From positions 1 through 48,297 of the forward strand of contig JAHQWJ010000032.1 of NCBI GenBank assembly GCA_029856125.1: a stretch of 48,297 bases of DNA. Reading direction: 5' to 3'. A model generated the notes under the pieces. That model had not been told where the DNA came from and did not search any database. It saw only the letters and a list, made by a program, of their open reading frames with translations. The first letter of the stretch is position 1, and each line of letters opens with the position of its first letter. Below are positions 1 through 10,060 of the stretch, in pieces. The translations under genes and the position numbers were made by a program. The DNA is from Promethearchaeia archaeon (GTDB taxonomy: Archaea > Asgardarchaeota > Lokiarchaeia > Sigyniarchaeales > SOKP01).

Positions 1-2966
1 GAGATAGATTCACTCGGTAATATGCTATAATAGGATTCTCCATCTGTAGTATTTATGACCGTGGTTCTTTTATTTAATGTAAGCCATAAACTTAATGTTT
101 GAACTTTATAATTATTAGCATGTGCATAAACCGTTAACAAATCTGTTCCATCTTCTAAAACAGATGTATCTAATATCAAAGTGTATTGGTTCATTGCCAA
201 ACTTTCAGTAATATTATAAGTATCTTCACCGATCAATTGAACAGTACCTCCACTTACATGAGCCCACGTTTGATTATCAGAATATTTTACCGTTATATTT
301 AAACTACTTCCTATTGGAAGTTCATACACGGAATCGTTCGTTTTATCTATTGAGTTTAAATATAATGAAATATTAGTAGCTCTTTCCGATACTTCGACAT
401 AAAATTGAAATGATTGGGGTTGGTAGTTTTCTAAATATGCTATAATCGGGAGTATTGTTATTCCTTGATCTAATGAATTAGTGTTTAAAGAGTAAATATA
501 TTGATTACTTTGTTCACTAAAATTTCCACCTAGGACTGAAACTACTGCACCTGGTAGATGTGTTTTAGAAAGATCATCTTTATAAAAGACAGTTATATTT
601 AATACTTCATTCACATTTGTTTTTATCGTTTCAGCTTCCGTTCTTTTTTCTTCGTCAACATAAACTTCCATTTCTGTTGCGCTTAAATTTACTTCGAAAT
701 ATATTTGGATCCTCTGAGATTGGAAAGTACTAAATTGTGCTTCAATGGTAACAACTGTGATACCTTGATCCAAATCGGTCGTTGTGTTTAAATTATAATA
801 ATACTGAGAGTCGATCTTAGTAAAATTATCCCATCCCAAAGATACTGTCGCTCCAGAGATATGCTCCTCAGTTTCATTAATTTTGTAGAACACGGTAATA
901 TTAACAAGTTGATTAACTTCGACTATAATCTTCGTAGGTGGACTTGTTGGTGTTGAGGCTCCATCTACTTCAAGTTCTAATTTCGTAGGAATATCGTATA
1001 CTTCAATATAAACTTGAATATTTTGAGCTGAATAATTTTCTAATTGAACAAATATAGTCAATACATTAAAACCTAAACTAAGATCAGTTGAGTTTAAGGT
1101 ATAATTATATTGCGATCCTATTTTACTGAAATTACCAATGTCGAGAAGAATAGCCTCTGCTCCAATAAGATAGGCTTTAGTTTCATCGTCTCGATAAAAG
1201 ACAGTTAAATTTACTATTGTATTGACTTCAATTTGAACATAAGGATCCGCTGTTTTGTTCTGTGAATCGACAAATAATTCAATTTCGGTCGCTCTTTCGA
1301 TAACTTTAACATAGAGTTGAATTACTTGTGTTTCGTAATTAAGCATTTCAGCAGTTACGGTTAATAACCAGATGCCTATGCCAAGATTTGTACTGTCAAT
1401 AATTTTTGAATATTGCTGACCGTTTGGGCTTAATTCACCCGAAACTTTACCGCTAAGTTGAACATTAGCACCTGAAATGTGGTTTGTCTGATTGTCTTGA
1501 TATTTTATAGTAATGTTTACTGTATTTCCTAATGGAATTTGGATAAAAGGATCTGTAGTTTTATTGAGCGTTTCTAAAAATAGTCGATAGTCTGTTTCAT
1601 GATCTTGAAATGTTTCTACATATGTAATGTTTAGGTAAACATCATCTATTGAGATTGTAATATTGTTATCTATACTGAATGTATTTGCTATAAATACCTG
1701 TAAGGAGACAGAGATGTTTACATCCTTTCTAATTAAATTGGTAACATCAAAACCTCCTACTTTTGCATCTTCCAATGATGCATTAGCAGAACTCAATCGA
1801 ACTGTTTCTGGATGCTGGTTATTGTTAATTATTATTCTAATTTCTGAGAAAGGGGATAAAGAGGTGGGCCAATCTTGATCTATCATATACTTAAATCTCA
1901 AATTAGCTTCGGAAACATGAGTATTGTCCCCAGAAATAGTATTTCCTATCTGATTCCAAGAAACAGAAGAAAATTGATCAACCTTTCTTTCGTATGCAAG
2001 AGTTAAATTACATGATTTAATTATAAGAGCATCCCATTTATCATGATCTCCACTATTCGAATTATCTTCACAATAAATATCAATTCCTACAGTTATCGTA
2101 AAATCTGTATGACTTGTATCTTTTTCTAAGGCCAAATTCAATGCGGTAATTAAATCTTCTTCACTTACAGAGGCTAGAAGACTGTCAGTAATATTTAATA
2201 TTGAAGGGTAAGCTGCTGACGAATTCCACTGTCCTAAGTACTTAGTCTTGTTTTCTGCAACTCGGAAAGAATAAGTTCGTTCTAAATCTGAGATTTCAAT
2301 GTAAAATGTTGCAGAATCACCTATTCCAAATCCAGGGACGGGAAAAGTGATTTCTGCTGAATTATTCACATCTAATGGAGTATCAACGCTATAATCTACT
2401 GATGCATTATAAATAACTTCAAGAGAAGCAGAAATAATCTCGTAATCAGACATATCATCTGGTAATGATACATTTTTTCGGAAGTGTGCACTGGGAAAGT
2501 TGTGTACTTGACCAGCGCCTCCGTCTTCATTTTCATTTAAGTAGTGATATACATAACATCCCGTAGAATTAATTTCAGCGACATCAGGTAAAAGAAAATC
2601 ACCATTACTATAGATACCCCATCCATACCAACTTGATGAATTTGCTTCACCAGTAGTTAATGAGAAGCTCGAATCTTCTCCAACAACGATATAATTAGCA
2701 GTACCACCACTTATGTTCGCATCTGTTGTGGAATTATCTCCTTGAGCTCCCTGATTATAAACCCACTCACCTTGAGTAGAAAAATTATTATAATCAAGCC
2801 ATTCCTGATTATATAAAGTTTCCGCTGAACTATGAATAAATTCCGATTGCTTAGCAGGGTGTTCATAGCTATAATTTAAGAAATTTAAGGATAATGGCAC
2901 TAGAAAGAACGATATTACGATAACAAAAATCACACTTAGCGTTCTTATCTTTCTATTTCGTTTCAT
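1..2966 (-). CDS. Large surface glycoprotein with Ig-like repeats, paralog of 2984-6433; truncated at the window edge and absent from the ORF track
   Basis: Manual translation from ATG 2966 (SD AGGTGT 2971-2976): MKRNRKIRTLSVIFVIVISFFLVPLS (signal/TM). Shares motifs with its neighbour (NKTKYLGQ, GIDIY.EDN, IIK.CNLT, AKVGGFDVT, ISIDDVYLNI.Y.ETF), then ~100-aa beta repeats. Many NxS/T sequons; reads open to the window edge. Confidence 0.85.
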   Translation of the reverse strand, partial: MKRNRKIRTLSVIFVIVISFFLVPLSLNFLNYSYEHPAKQSEFIHSSAETLYNQEWLDYNNFSTQGEWVYNQGAQGDNSTTDANISGGTANYIVVGEDSSFSLTTGEANSSSWYGWGIYSNGDFLLPDVAEINSTGCYVYHYLNENEDGGAGQVHNFPSAHFRKNVSLPDDMSDYEIISASLEVIYNASVDYSVDTPLDVNNSAEITFPVPGFGIGDSATFYIEISDLERTYSFRVAENKTKYLGQWNSSAAYPSILNITDSLLASVSEEDLITALNLALEKDTSHTDFTITVGIDIYCEDNSNSGDHDKWDALIIKSCNLTLAYERKVDQFSSVSWNQIGNTISGDNTHVSEANLRFKYMIDQDWPTSLSPFSEIRIIINNNQHPETVRLSSANASLEDAKVGGFDVTNLIRKDVNISVSLQVFIANTFSIDNNITISIDDVYLNITYVETFQDHETDYRLFLETLNKTTDPFIQIPLGNTVNITIKYQDNQTNHISGANVQLSGKVSGELSPNGQQYSKIIDSTNLGIGIWLLTVTAEMLNYETQVIQLYVKVIERATEIELFVDSQNKTADPYVQIEVNTIVNLTVFYRDDETKAYLIGAEAILLDIGNFSKIGSQYNYTLNSTDLSLGFNVLTIFVQLENYSAQNIQVYIEVYDIPTKLELEVDGASTPTSPPTKIIVEVNQLVNITVFYKINETEEHISGATVSLGWDNFTKIDSQYYYNLNTTTDLDQGITVVTIEAQFSTFQSQRIQIYFEVNLSATEMEVYVDEEKRTEAETIKTNVNEVLNITVFYKDDLSKTHLPGAVVSVLGGNFSEQSNQYIYSLNTNSLDQGITILPIIAYLENYQPQSFQFYVEVSERATNISLYLNSIDKTNDSVYELPIGSSLNITVKYSDNQTWAHVSGGTVQLIGEDTYNITESLAMNQYTLILDTSVLEDGTDLLTVYAHANNYKVQTLSLWLTLNKRTTVINTTDGESYYSILPSESI

Positions 2967-2983
2967 TTTTACACCTGCTAGCT

Positions 2984-5900
2984 TCATTCGATGGTTTCTC
3001 CTCCTGATTTTTTATTAATTTTATCTACAATCTCTTTTTCTACCTTTAATACTTCTCTATTACGCTCTATTTCACCGGTTATAATATTATCACGAGTACT
3101 GACTGTCAGCGGTTTTAATTTCTTCCCTTTGCCAATTTTTTTCCTGATCTTTCGCAACATTCTTACTTTTTGTGGATATTTAAAGTGTTTTTGATATAGA
3201 ACGAAAGCTGTTGTTAACCCAACAACCCCCGCTGCTAATGATATTAGTATTATAGTAATATCAGGACCGGGTGGTGCAACTACATTTAGAAATATTTCAA
3301 AATCATCGCTAAAATCATAATTTTCTCCAGCATACGCATTAATCCTTATATGATATGTTCCTGCTGGGATGTTATTTAATGAGGTTTCGTATATCCCATC
3401 GTCGTTCGAATCAGTTAAAGTTCCCTGTCCTTTTACCCAACTATAAGTCACAGTTGCGTTCTTGATACTGCCTCCAAAATTAATATTGGTTAGGTTTATT
3501 TGAATAAGAAAATCTTCACCAGGATTGATTAAATTAGTATCAGACACAGTATCTATTGAAGTACTAATGGGATTAACGGTAATTATTATTTTAATAGTAG
3601 TATTTATTTGATATGTTGGTGCTTGAGCGATAATTGTATATTTATTATCTCCAAACAACAGATTAGTACTATCTAATATGATATAATATTGATTCCCAAT
3701 TTCAGTAAGATTTTCGGATAAGGATTCTCCCCTTAATTGCAACCAGGCATTCGGTATTTCTAATCCTGTTCTGTAATCGAAAAATTTAAGAGTAATATTG
3801 ATCATGCTCCCAATCGCTACTTCTAAGACTGGATCATCTGTTTTATCATCTCCATTTAGAGATAGCTGCATTATTGTAGCTCTATCCGTAACCTTTATGA
3901 CAAATTGGGTTGATTCTGGTTGATAATTTGTTAATTGAGCAAATACCGTTAAAATATTGAGACCAGGATCTAATTCATTTGTATTAATTGTTATATTAAA
4001 TTGTACGCCAGTTCTATTCAAATTATTGAAACCTAATAACTCAACGCTCGCTCCAATTAGATGAGTTTGAGTACGATTATCTTTATAGAATGCAGTGATA
4101 TTGACCAATTCGTTTGCCTCAAACTCAAGGGGGTCTGTTTGATTTATTGGATCTATTAGAGTCCCGTTTACGAGAAGAATTAAATCTGTAGCTCTATTGG
4201 CAACATTAATAAATAATTGGACAGTTTGAGGTTGATATCCGTCTAATTGAGCAAAAATAGTTAATATGTTAAGATCCTTCTCAAGATCATTTGTTTTAAG
4301 TGTATAATTAAATTGATTACCATTTTCATCAAATGTTCCTAATACTCCTAATAGTTCAACACTTGCTCCCATAAGATGGGTATCAGTCTCATTATCTCTG
4401 TATAGGACTGTAACATTTAATGCTTCATCAAATTGAGTATTATATATCTCCCCATCATATTTTTCTTCCTCTATACGGACTTCTATATAAGTTGCTCTAA
4501 TTTGAATATTAATAAAAAATTGAATCGTTTGTGATTGATAATTACTTTTTTGGGCAAAAATTGTTATAACATTTACACCCAGAGTCAAGTTGTTGGTGTT
4601 TAAGGTAAAGTTATATTGATTTACATCCTCGTCCATGCTTCCAATTCCTAATAAGTCGACTGAAGCTCCATCTATATGTGCTAAGGTAAGATTATCATTG
4701 TAATTGATCGTTATATCTAAGAATTTATCAAATTGAGAAAAAATTGTAACACTATCATTTTTTGGGCTACCACCTATATTTAGCATTAATTGCGTTTCTC
4801 TCTCGATAACTTCGACAAAAATTTGAATAGACTGAGTCTTATAATTGACCTTTTGAACCGTTATTGTTAACACACTAATTCCTAAACCTAGAACTGATGA
4901 GTTTACGGTGAAAGAATATTGTTCTAAAGGAATACTCTCATTAAAATCCCCAGAAACTTTTCCTTCTAATATAGCACTATCAGCACTAATGTGATTTGCA
5001 CTTACATTATCTTTGTAAGTAACAATAACATTTAACATATGATCAATAGGTATTTGAATTACTGGATCAAGGGTTTTGTCCTCTCCATCCAAAAATAATT
5101 CTAGATCTGTGCCATAATCTGGAAAAGTCTCGATATAAGATATGTTAAGATAAACGTCATCAATCGAAATTGAATATACTTGTCCTAACTCAAAAGTATC
5201 CTTGAGAAATACCTCTATAGAGACCGTGATATTCCCAACCGTGGATATTAAACTTGTCACATCAAACCCTCCTACTTTTGCCTCCTTCCAAGATTCATTA
5301 GCGGATGAAAGTCTTATAATTCCTTCATTATAAGCTTTGTCGTTGATATAGAAAATGATTTCTGAAAGAGGTGCAGATATGGGCCAAGTGTTATTTACCT
5401 TATATTTAAAGAAAAATTTCGCATCTGTAACTTGGATATTAGCACTATCAAGCCTATTTCCTTCTTGATTCCAAGAAAGGGATGTGGATTGATCAATCTT
5501 TTTCTTAACTGTGAATGTTAAGTTACAGGTTTTAATAATTAAATCACTAAATGTATCAGTATCTGTACCTGGAAGGTTATCCTCACTGTATATATCTATT
5601 CCTAACGTAAGGGTAAAATTTGAGTGAGAAGGATCTTTATCAAAAGCAGAGTTTAAAGCTGTTATTAGATCGATTTCGGCAACCGTTTCTAATGGGCTAT
5701 CATCTAATGTAAGAATTGTAGATTGAGAACTGTTTTGTTGACCTAAATATTTAGTTTTATTTGATGCTACGGTATATACAGGAGGGTTATAGTCTAAATC
5801 TGATATTTGAGAATAATAAGTGACCGAGTCACCAATTGCAAAATTTGTCCAACTACCATCGTCATTAGGCGTATCAACATTTGAACTTACAGAGGCATTC

Positions 5901-6433
5901 ACAATTACTTCTAATGTAGCAGAAGTGATAACATAATCAGACATATCAATAGGCACACTGATATTTGTTTTCCAATGGACACTAGGAGCTTGATTGTTAT
6001 CATCTGCCCATATATGGCTAACATAAGCCCCATAGGATCGAATTTCAGCGGTATCGGGATATTGAAAATCACCATTTTGAAATTGTATCCAGTTTGGTGA
6101 TGTAGGCGAATCAATTATACCATATACGACGGTAAATGTTCTTGTTTCACCTAAAACTTCATAATTTGCTTGACCAGAGCTTATGATAGCATTCATATCG
6201 GAATTATCGCCATCGGTACCGTTTTCCCATTCCCAATCGTCTTGAGTTAAGAACTCGTTATTGGTAAGCCATTCCGTCGTTACCGATCTTTGAGCGGAAG
6301 TCTTGACAAAATCAACATCTCTATTTTCTTCATAGGAGATATCAAAATTATTTTGAATAAAAGGAAAAATTAAAGAAATACTAAACAAAACTAAAAATCC
6401 GATTGTTTTAAATTGTCGTTTTCTTTCTGTCAA
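2984..6433 (-). CDS. Large membrane-anchored surface glycoprotein with Ig-like repeats (1149 aa)
   Basis: N-terminal hydrophobic segment; ~100-aa repeats (ITV.Y.D....HL.GASVELLG...Q.N.T..TN.L..G.N.LTIFAQ..NYQ.Q); many N-glycosylation sequons; C-terminal TM followed by a basic cytoplasmic tail. Confidence 0.85.
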   Translation of the reverse strand: MTERKRQFKTIGFLVLFSISLIFPFIQNNFDISYEENRDVDFVKTSAQRSVTTEWLTNNEFLTQDDWEWENGTDGDNSDMNAIISSGQANYEVLGETRTFTVVYGIIDSPTSPNWIQFQNGDFQYPDTAEIRSYGAYVSHIWADDNNQAPSVHWKTNISVPIDMSDYVITSATLEVIVNASVSSNVDTPNDDGSWTNFAIGDSVTYYSQISDLDYNPPVYTVASNKTKYLGQQNSSQSTILTLDDSPLETVAEIDLITALNSAFDKDPSHSNFTLTLGIDIYSEDNLPGTDTDTFSDLIIKTCNLTFTVKKKIDQSTSLSWNQEGNRLDSANIQVTDAKFFFKYKVNNTWPISAPLSEIIFYINDKAYNEGIIRLSSANESWKEAKVGGFDVTSLISTVGNITVSIEVFLKDTFELGQVYSISIDDVYLNISYIETFPDYGTDLELFLDGEDKTLDPVIQIPIDHMLNVIVTYKDNVSANHISADSAILEGKVSGDFNESIPLEQYSFTVNSSVLGLGISVLTITVQKVNYKTQSIQIFVEVIERETQLMLNIGGSPKNDSVTIFSQFDKFLDITINYNDNLTLAHIDGASVDLLGIGSMDEDVNQYNFTLNTNNLTLGVNVITIFAQKSNYQSQTIQFFINIQIRATYIEVRIEEEKYDGEIYNTQFDEALNVTVLYRDNETDTHLMGASVELLGVLGTFDENGNQFNYTLKTNDLEKDLNILTIFAQLDGYQPQTVQLFINVANRATDLILLVNGTLIDPINQTDPLEFEANELVNITAFYKDNRTQTHLIGASVELLGFNNLNRTGVQFNITINTNELDPGLNILTVFAQLTNYQPESTQFVIKVTDRATIMQLSLNGDDKTDDPVLEVAIGSMINITLKFFDYRTGLEIPNAWLQLRGESLSENLTEIGNQYYIILDSTNLLFGDNKYTIIAQAPTYQINTTIKIIITVNPISTSIDTVSDTNLINPGEDFLIQINLTNINFGGSIKNATVTYSWVKGQGTLTDSNDDGIYETSLNNIPAGTYHIRINAYAGENYDFSDDFEIFLNVVAPPGPDITIILISLAAGVVGLTTAFVLYQKHFKYPQKVRMLRKIRKKIGKGKKLKPLTVSTRDNIITGEIERNREVLKVEKEIVDKINKKSGGETIE

Positions 6434-6719
6434 ACTCGCTCACTTATCTATACGATTTTTATTATCAATTCCTATACAACAAAGTGAAAGTAATGAAGAT
6501 TTTTCACTTAAACTTTTGATTTATTATTTAATAATTTCTTTATTAAAACTATACTAATTATAGATTCTAGTAGCTCTATTCTTAGGTTTGCGCAAGTTAT
6601 TTGATAAATCTAAAATAGTAGTAACACTACCTTATTTTAAATCTTTATCTCATGAATTAAAAGAGAATTAATATTTAAACTACGAAGATACTGAAGTGAT
6701 ATTTTTCTCGATACTTTTT

Positions 6720-7523
6720 TTAAAGAGAACTCTTTACGAACCCGCCATCTACTTGGACTACAGTCCCAGTAATATAGTTGGCTTTATCAGAAGCTAAAAA
6801 AACTACGAGATTTGCTAACTCTTGAGGGCGACCAAGTCTCCCTAAAGGAATGTTATCTATCCAAATCTTCATTATTTCTTGTCTTGATTTACCTAAATCA
6901 TTCATTTGAGTTTTTATTAGTTCTTCCATTCGATTGGTTAATGTTGGTCCAGGACAGACAACATTAACTAGGATATTATCTTTTGCGTATTCGTTCGATA
7001 ATGTTTTTGCGAAACCTACAACACCAAGACGGGTTGTATTGGACAAGATCAAATTATTTAGCGGTTGTTTAACAGATACTGAAGTTATTGCGATAATCCT
7101 ACCAAACTTTTGCTTTTGCATTATTGGTAATACTAGTTTAGAAATGTGAATGAAGGAAACCAAGTTTAATTTTATAGATTTTTCCCAATCATCTCTGCTA
7201 ATTTCACTAAATGGCGCTGATGGTGGACCACCTGCGTTATGCACTAATATGTCTATGTGCCTAAACTCATTTAATGTAGTTTCAACTAGTGTTCGAATCT
7301 GGTTTTCATCATTTAAATCATTGACAACTCCAAGAATTCTATTACTACTGTTAGAGGTTTTCAACTTGCTAATTTCCTCTTTCGCCTGATTTATGTTGTC
7401 TTCAGAACGACTACATATAATTACATGTGCTCCTTCGCTATATAACGCTTTAGCACATGCTAATCCCAATCCTTTACTAGAAGCTAGAACTAACGCTACC
7501 TTGTTATTCAATCCTAAATTCAT
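6720..7523 (-). CDS. SDR family oxidoreductase (3-oxoacyl-ACP reductase-like)
   Basis: ASSKGLG Rossmann motif, NAGGPP, NVVCPG, IPLGRLGRPQE, ITGTVVQVDGG. Confidence 0.9.
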   Translation of the reverse strand: MNLGLNNKVALVLASSKGLGLACAKALYSEGAHVIICSRSEDNINQAKEEISKLKTSNSSNRILGVVNDLNDENQIRTLVETTLNEFRHIDILVHNAGGPPSAPFSEISRDDWEKSIKLNLVSFIHISKLVLPIMQKQKFGRIIAITSVSVKQPLNNLILSNTTRLGVVGFAKTLSNEYAKDNILVNVVCPGPTLTNRMEELIKTQMNDLGKSRQEIMKIWIDNIPLGRLGRPQELANLVVFLASDKANYITGTVVQVDGGFVKSSL

Positions 7524-7577
7524 TTCAGCACACTTAATTGAAAATTTATAATAAATTTTTAAGAAGCTTAAGTATCA

Positions 7578-7736
7578 TTAAGAATCATTTACATAAATAC
7601 TACATTTTCCAAAAAAATTATTGCATCTATCGCAGTTTTCAGCATCTTGACAATTATTAGATTGCGGGCATTTAGCATTTTTGTGATCAAAAGCTATTTT
7701 GACACGGTGTAACCTTTTTTCTATATTTTCTCTCAT
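7578..7736 (-). CDS. Small Cys-rich protein (52 aa), putative metal-binding
   Basis: Manual translation: MRENIEKRLHRVKIAFDHKNAKCPQSNNCQDAENCDRCNNFFGKCSIYVNDS*. Five Cys in 23 residues; co-oriented between the roadblock and SDR genes. Confidence 0.6.
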   Translation of the reverse strand: MRENIEKRLHRVKIAFDHKNAKCPQSNNCQDAENCDRCNNFFGKCSIYVNDS

Positions 7737-7858
7737 AAGATTTCAAAACTAGTTTAAGAAGAAAAAATTCTGCCAATTAGAACGTACTACAAAAATAATT
7801 TAATTTTGAGGATAAAGAATATAATAAAATAATTAAAAATAGATAATAATAAATTCAC

Positions 7859-8314
7859 TTAATCAGGAGTTAACTCGTCTAAATCGCTTAAGTCAAGTCC
7901 AGAATCTAAAGTTTCAGGGATATCTGATAAGAATTCGTCTAAAATTTCTTTTAACTCGTCTCCTGAGCGCTTCAAAATCAACCTAATTAAACCTATATTT
8001 ATATCTGGATCAGAGATAAGTGTAAGTACCCCTTTAGGACCACAACTCGACGCAAAAATCTTTCCTCCTGTAAATTCGCTCGTTACTATTTCTAAATCTC
8101 CTAATTCTAGATTTTTTCCTTGCTCTTCTGATGCACAGAATACCGCGCTTGCTATTGCGCCGATACCATCGACATCTGCAGGAAAATAGGAAAATTTAGA
8201 GACGCTCGCAATAGTTAGTCCTGTTCTGTCAACTAATATTACTTTTTTAATACCGCTCTCGGATTTTATAATCTTTGAAAGAATATTATCAAAACTTCTA
8301 GTGTCAATTGACAA
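7859..8314 (-). CDS. Roadblock/LC7 (MglB/LAMTOR-like) domain protein with acidic tail
   Basis: VILVDRTGLTIAS...IGAIASAVF...GKNLELGDLE...NIGLIRL roadblock pattern; SD GAGTGGTG upstream of the TTG. Confidence 0.9.
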   Translation of the reverse strand: MSIDTRSFDNILSKIIKSESGIKKVILVDRTGLTIASVSKFSYFPADVDGIGAIASAVFCASEEQGKNLELGDLEIVTSEFTGGKIFASSCGPKGVLTLISDPDINIGLIRLILKRSGDELKEILDEFLSDIPETLDSGLDLSDLDELTPD

Positions 8315-8498
8315 TTCTTACACCACTCTTAAAATTTCAACCTTTAGTATTATATTAGATTTATAGATTTAAAATTGTTATTATTAATAAAAAAGTATAT
8401 GTATATAAAAATATGTTTTTCCTAGTCATTTTCAAGTAAGGCTAGGTAAAATTAGGAAAATGAACAACTTTAATCAAAAAAAATAAATCAACAACTAT

Positions 8499-9725
8499 TT
8501 AGAGGAGATTCTTCTCTTTTACGATTTCCCTGTAGTGATCTCTCTCTCTTCTCAAAATTTTGACTTCTTTTTTGAGATCTAAAATTTGATCCTTGAATGT
8601 TTCTTTTTCATTTTCTTTGGTTTTGCTCTCACTTTTAAGATTTTTCACATCCAATTTTAAAGTTGTTATGGAATCGATGTGAAGCGAATTTTGGTTTTTT
8701 AATTTATCAATTTCATTTAAAAATCTTTTTTGCGCATTTTCAGATTTTTCAAGCTCAGAGCTCAAACCTACGTTGATATTTTTCATATCCTCTTTTTCTT
8801 GAAGAACCTTCTCAGCTTCTCCTTCTAGTTCTTCTGCTCCCGTTAGTTTATTTGAAAGCACTTCAATGCGTTTTTCCTTTTCTTTTATAAATTCATCTCT
8901 TTCAAATATTTTTTGGTTTAAAATCTTTAAATCCTCAATCAATTTCGCATTATTTTGATTCAGATCTGCCATTTGTTGACTCCATTTCTCCAATTTTATG
9001 TATTGCTCACTTATTTCATCTTTAAGCGATTGGATCTCCTCTTCATGTTCTGCATTTCCAGATACAACTTCAGTGTATTTTCTTGTTAATTCTCTAATTT
9101 TGCTTTTCTTCTCCTCTAGAAGGTCTTGAAGTTCGCGATTTTTATTTTTAATTTCATCGTATTCATTAACCGTTAGTAGATTTTCTTTACCAACTTCTTG
9201 ATTTTTTTTTTTACTATTATCTGCCGCCCCATTCACACTTTTAGCTTGTTTTTCTCCTTCTGTTTTACTTACTTCTACTACACTTGTTTCGCCCTCAATA
9301 ATCTCTTCCCAGTAAGTTGATAATTCATCTTTTTTAAGCATATCATAGTATTGTCCTAAAATATCATCAAAATTGAGAGCCTCTCTTTTAGGTAATAATT
9401 CGTGAGCTATCCTTCTCAACCTTCCTTCTAATTCTGTGTCACTAACATCTTCTTGAGACAGGAAAATGCAAATCGCAAAGTTCGGTTTTCCCACATAGTG
9501 TCTAAATGAAAATCCGGAATAAAAACTCGCAACACTAACATCATTGTCAAGTAAAATTTCAGCAATGTGAGGTTCCATCTTCTTATCCATGTGAATTTCG
9601 GCTAATCCTTTTAAAATATCTGACGTAATTCCTAAAAACTCACAAATATTACTTGGAAATTGTGTTTCAATGTGGGTTTCGGCTTTATCGTTAAATCCTA
9701 AAACAGTTATACCTTTCAATCTCAC
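8499..9725 (-). CDS. Longin/uDENN-like N-terminal domain plus long coiled coil
   Basis: N-terminus (GITVLGFND...IETQFP...VASFYSG...FAICIFL...LRRIAHELL) resembles longin/uDENN topology; residues ~185-405 are heptad-rich. Confidence 0.6.
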   Translation of the reverse strand: MRLKGITVLGFNDKAETHIETQFPSNICEFLGITSDILKGLAEIHMDKKMEPHIAEILLDNDVSVASFYSGFSFRHYVGKPNFAICIFLSQEDVSDTELEGRLRRIAHELLPKREALNFDDILGQYYDMLKKDELSTYWEEIIEGETSVVEVSKTEGEKQAKSVNGAADNSKKKNQEVGKENLLTVNEYDEIKNKNRELQDLLEEKKSKIRELTRKYTEVVSGNAEHEEEIQSLKDEISEQYIKLEKWSQQMADLNQNNAKLIEDLKILNQKIFERDEFIKEKEKRIEVLSNKLTGAEELEGEAEKVLQEKEDMKNINVGLSSELEKSENAQKRFLNEIDKLKNQNSLHIDSITTLKLDVKNLKSESKTKENEKETFKDQILDLKKEVKILRRERDHYREIVKEKNLL

Positions 9726-10060
9726 TCAACGGAATTGATTAAATTTTACGGTCTTATCACTAATAAGTTAACAACACTTATGTATATTTCAATCAATACA
9801 AACCAATACCGGCTTTCGACATCTATCTCAAAATACTAGTGTATGATTTTGCATTGGTAGGATATTCTTAAATAGGTTAAAAATTTGATTTCCAAAATTA
9901 ATTTAGTCACATTTATATAATAAATTAGATAATTACAAATTAAGTTTAGTTAAAATTTATTCGAAAAAGTAAATATTTACACTTTATTATCTTAAATTAT
10001 TCAATATTATATTAATTATTATGTAAAAATTATTTTTTTTTGATAATTAAAAGGTGAAAC

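Noticed and set aside
9726-9728. In-frame TGA immediately before the GTG start of the 408-aa gene as Sec
   Set aside because: No SD or canonical start in the short upstream frame and no SECIS-like element after the gene.
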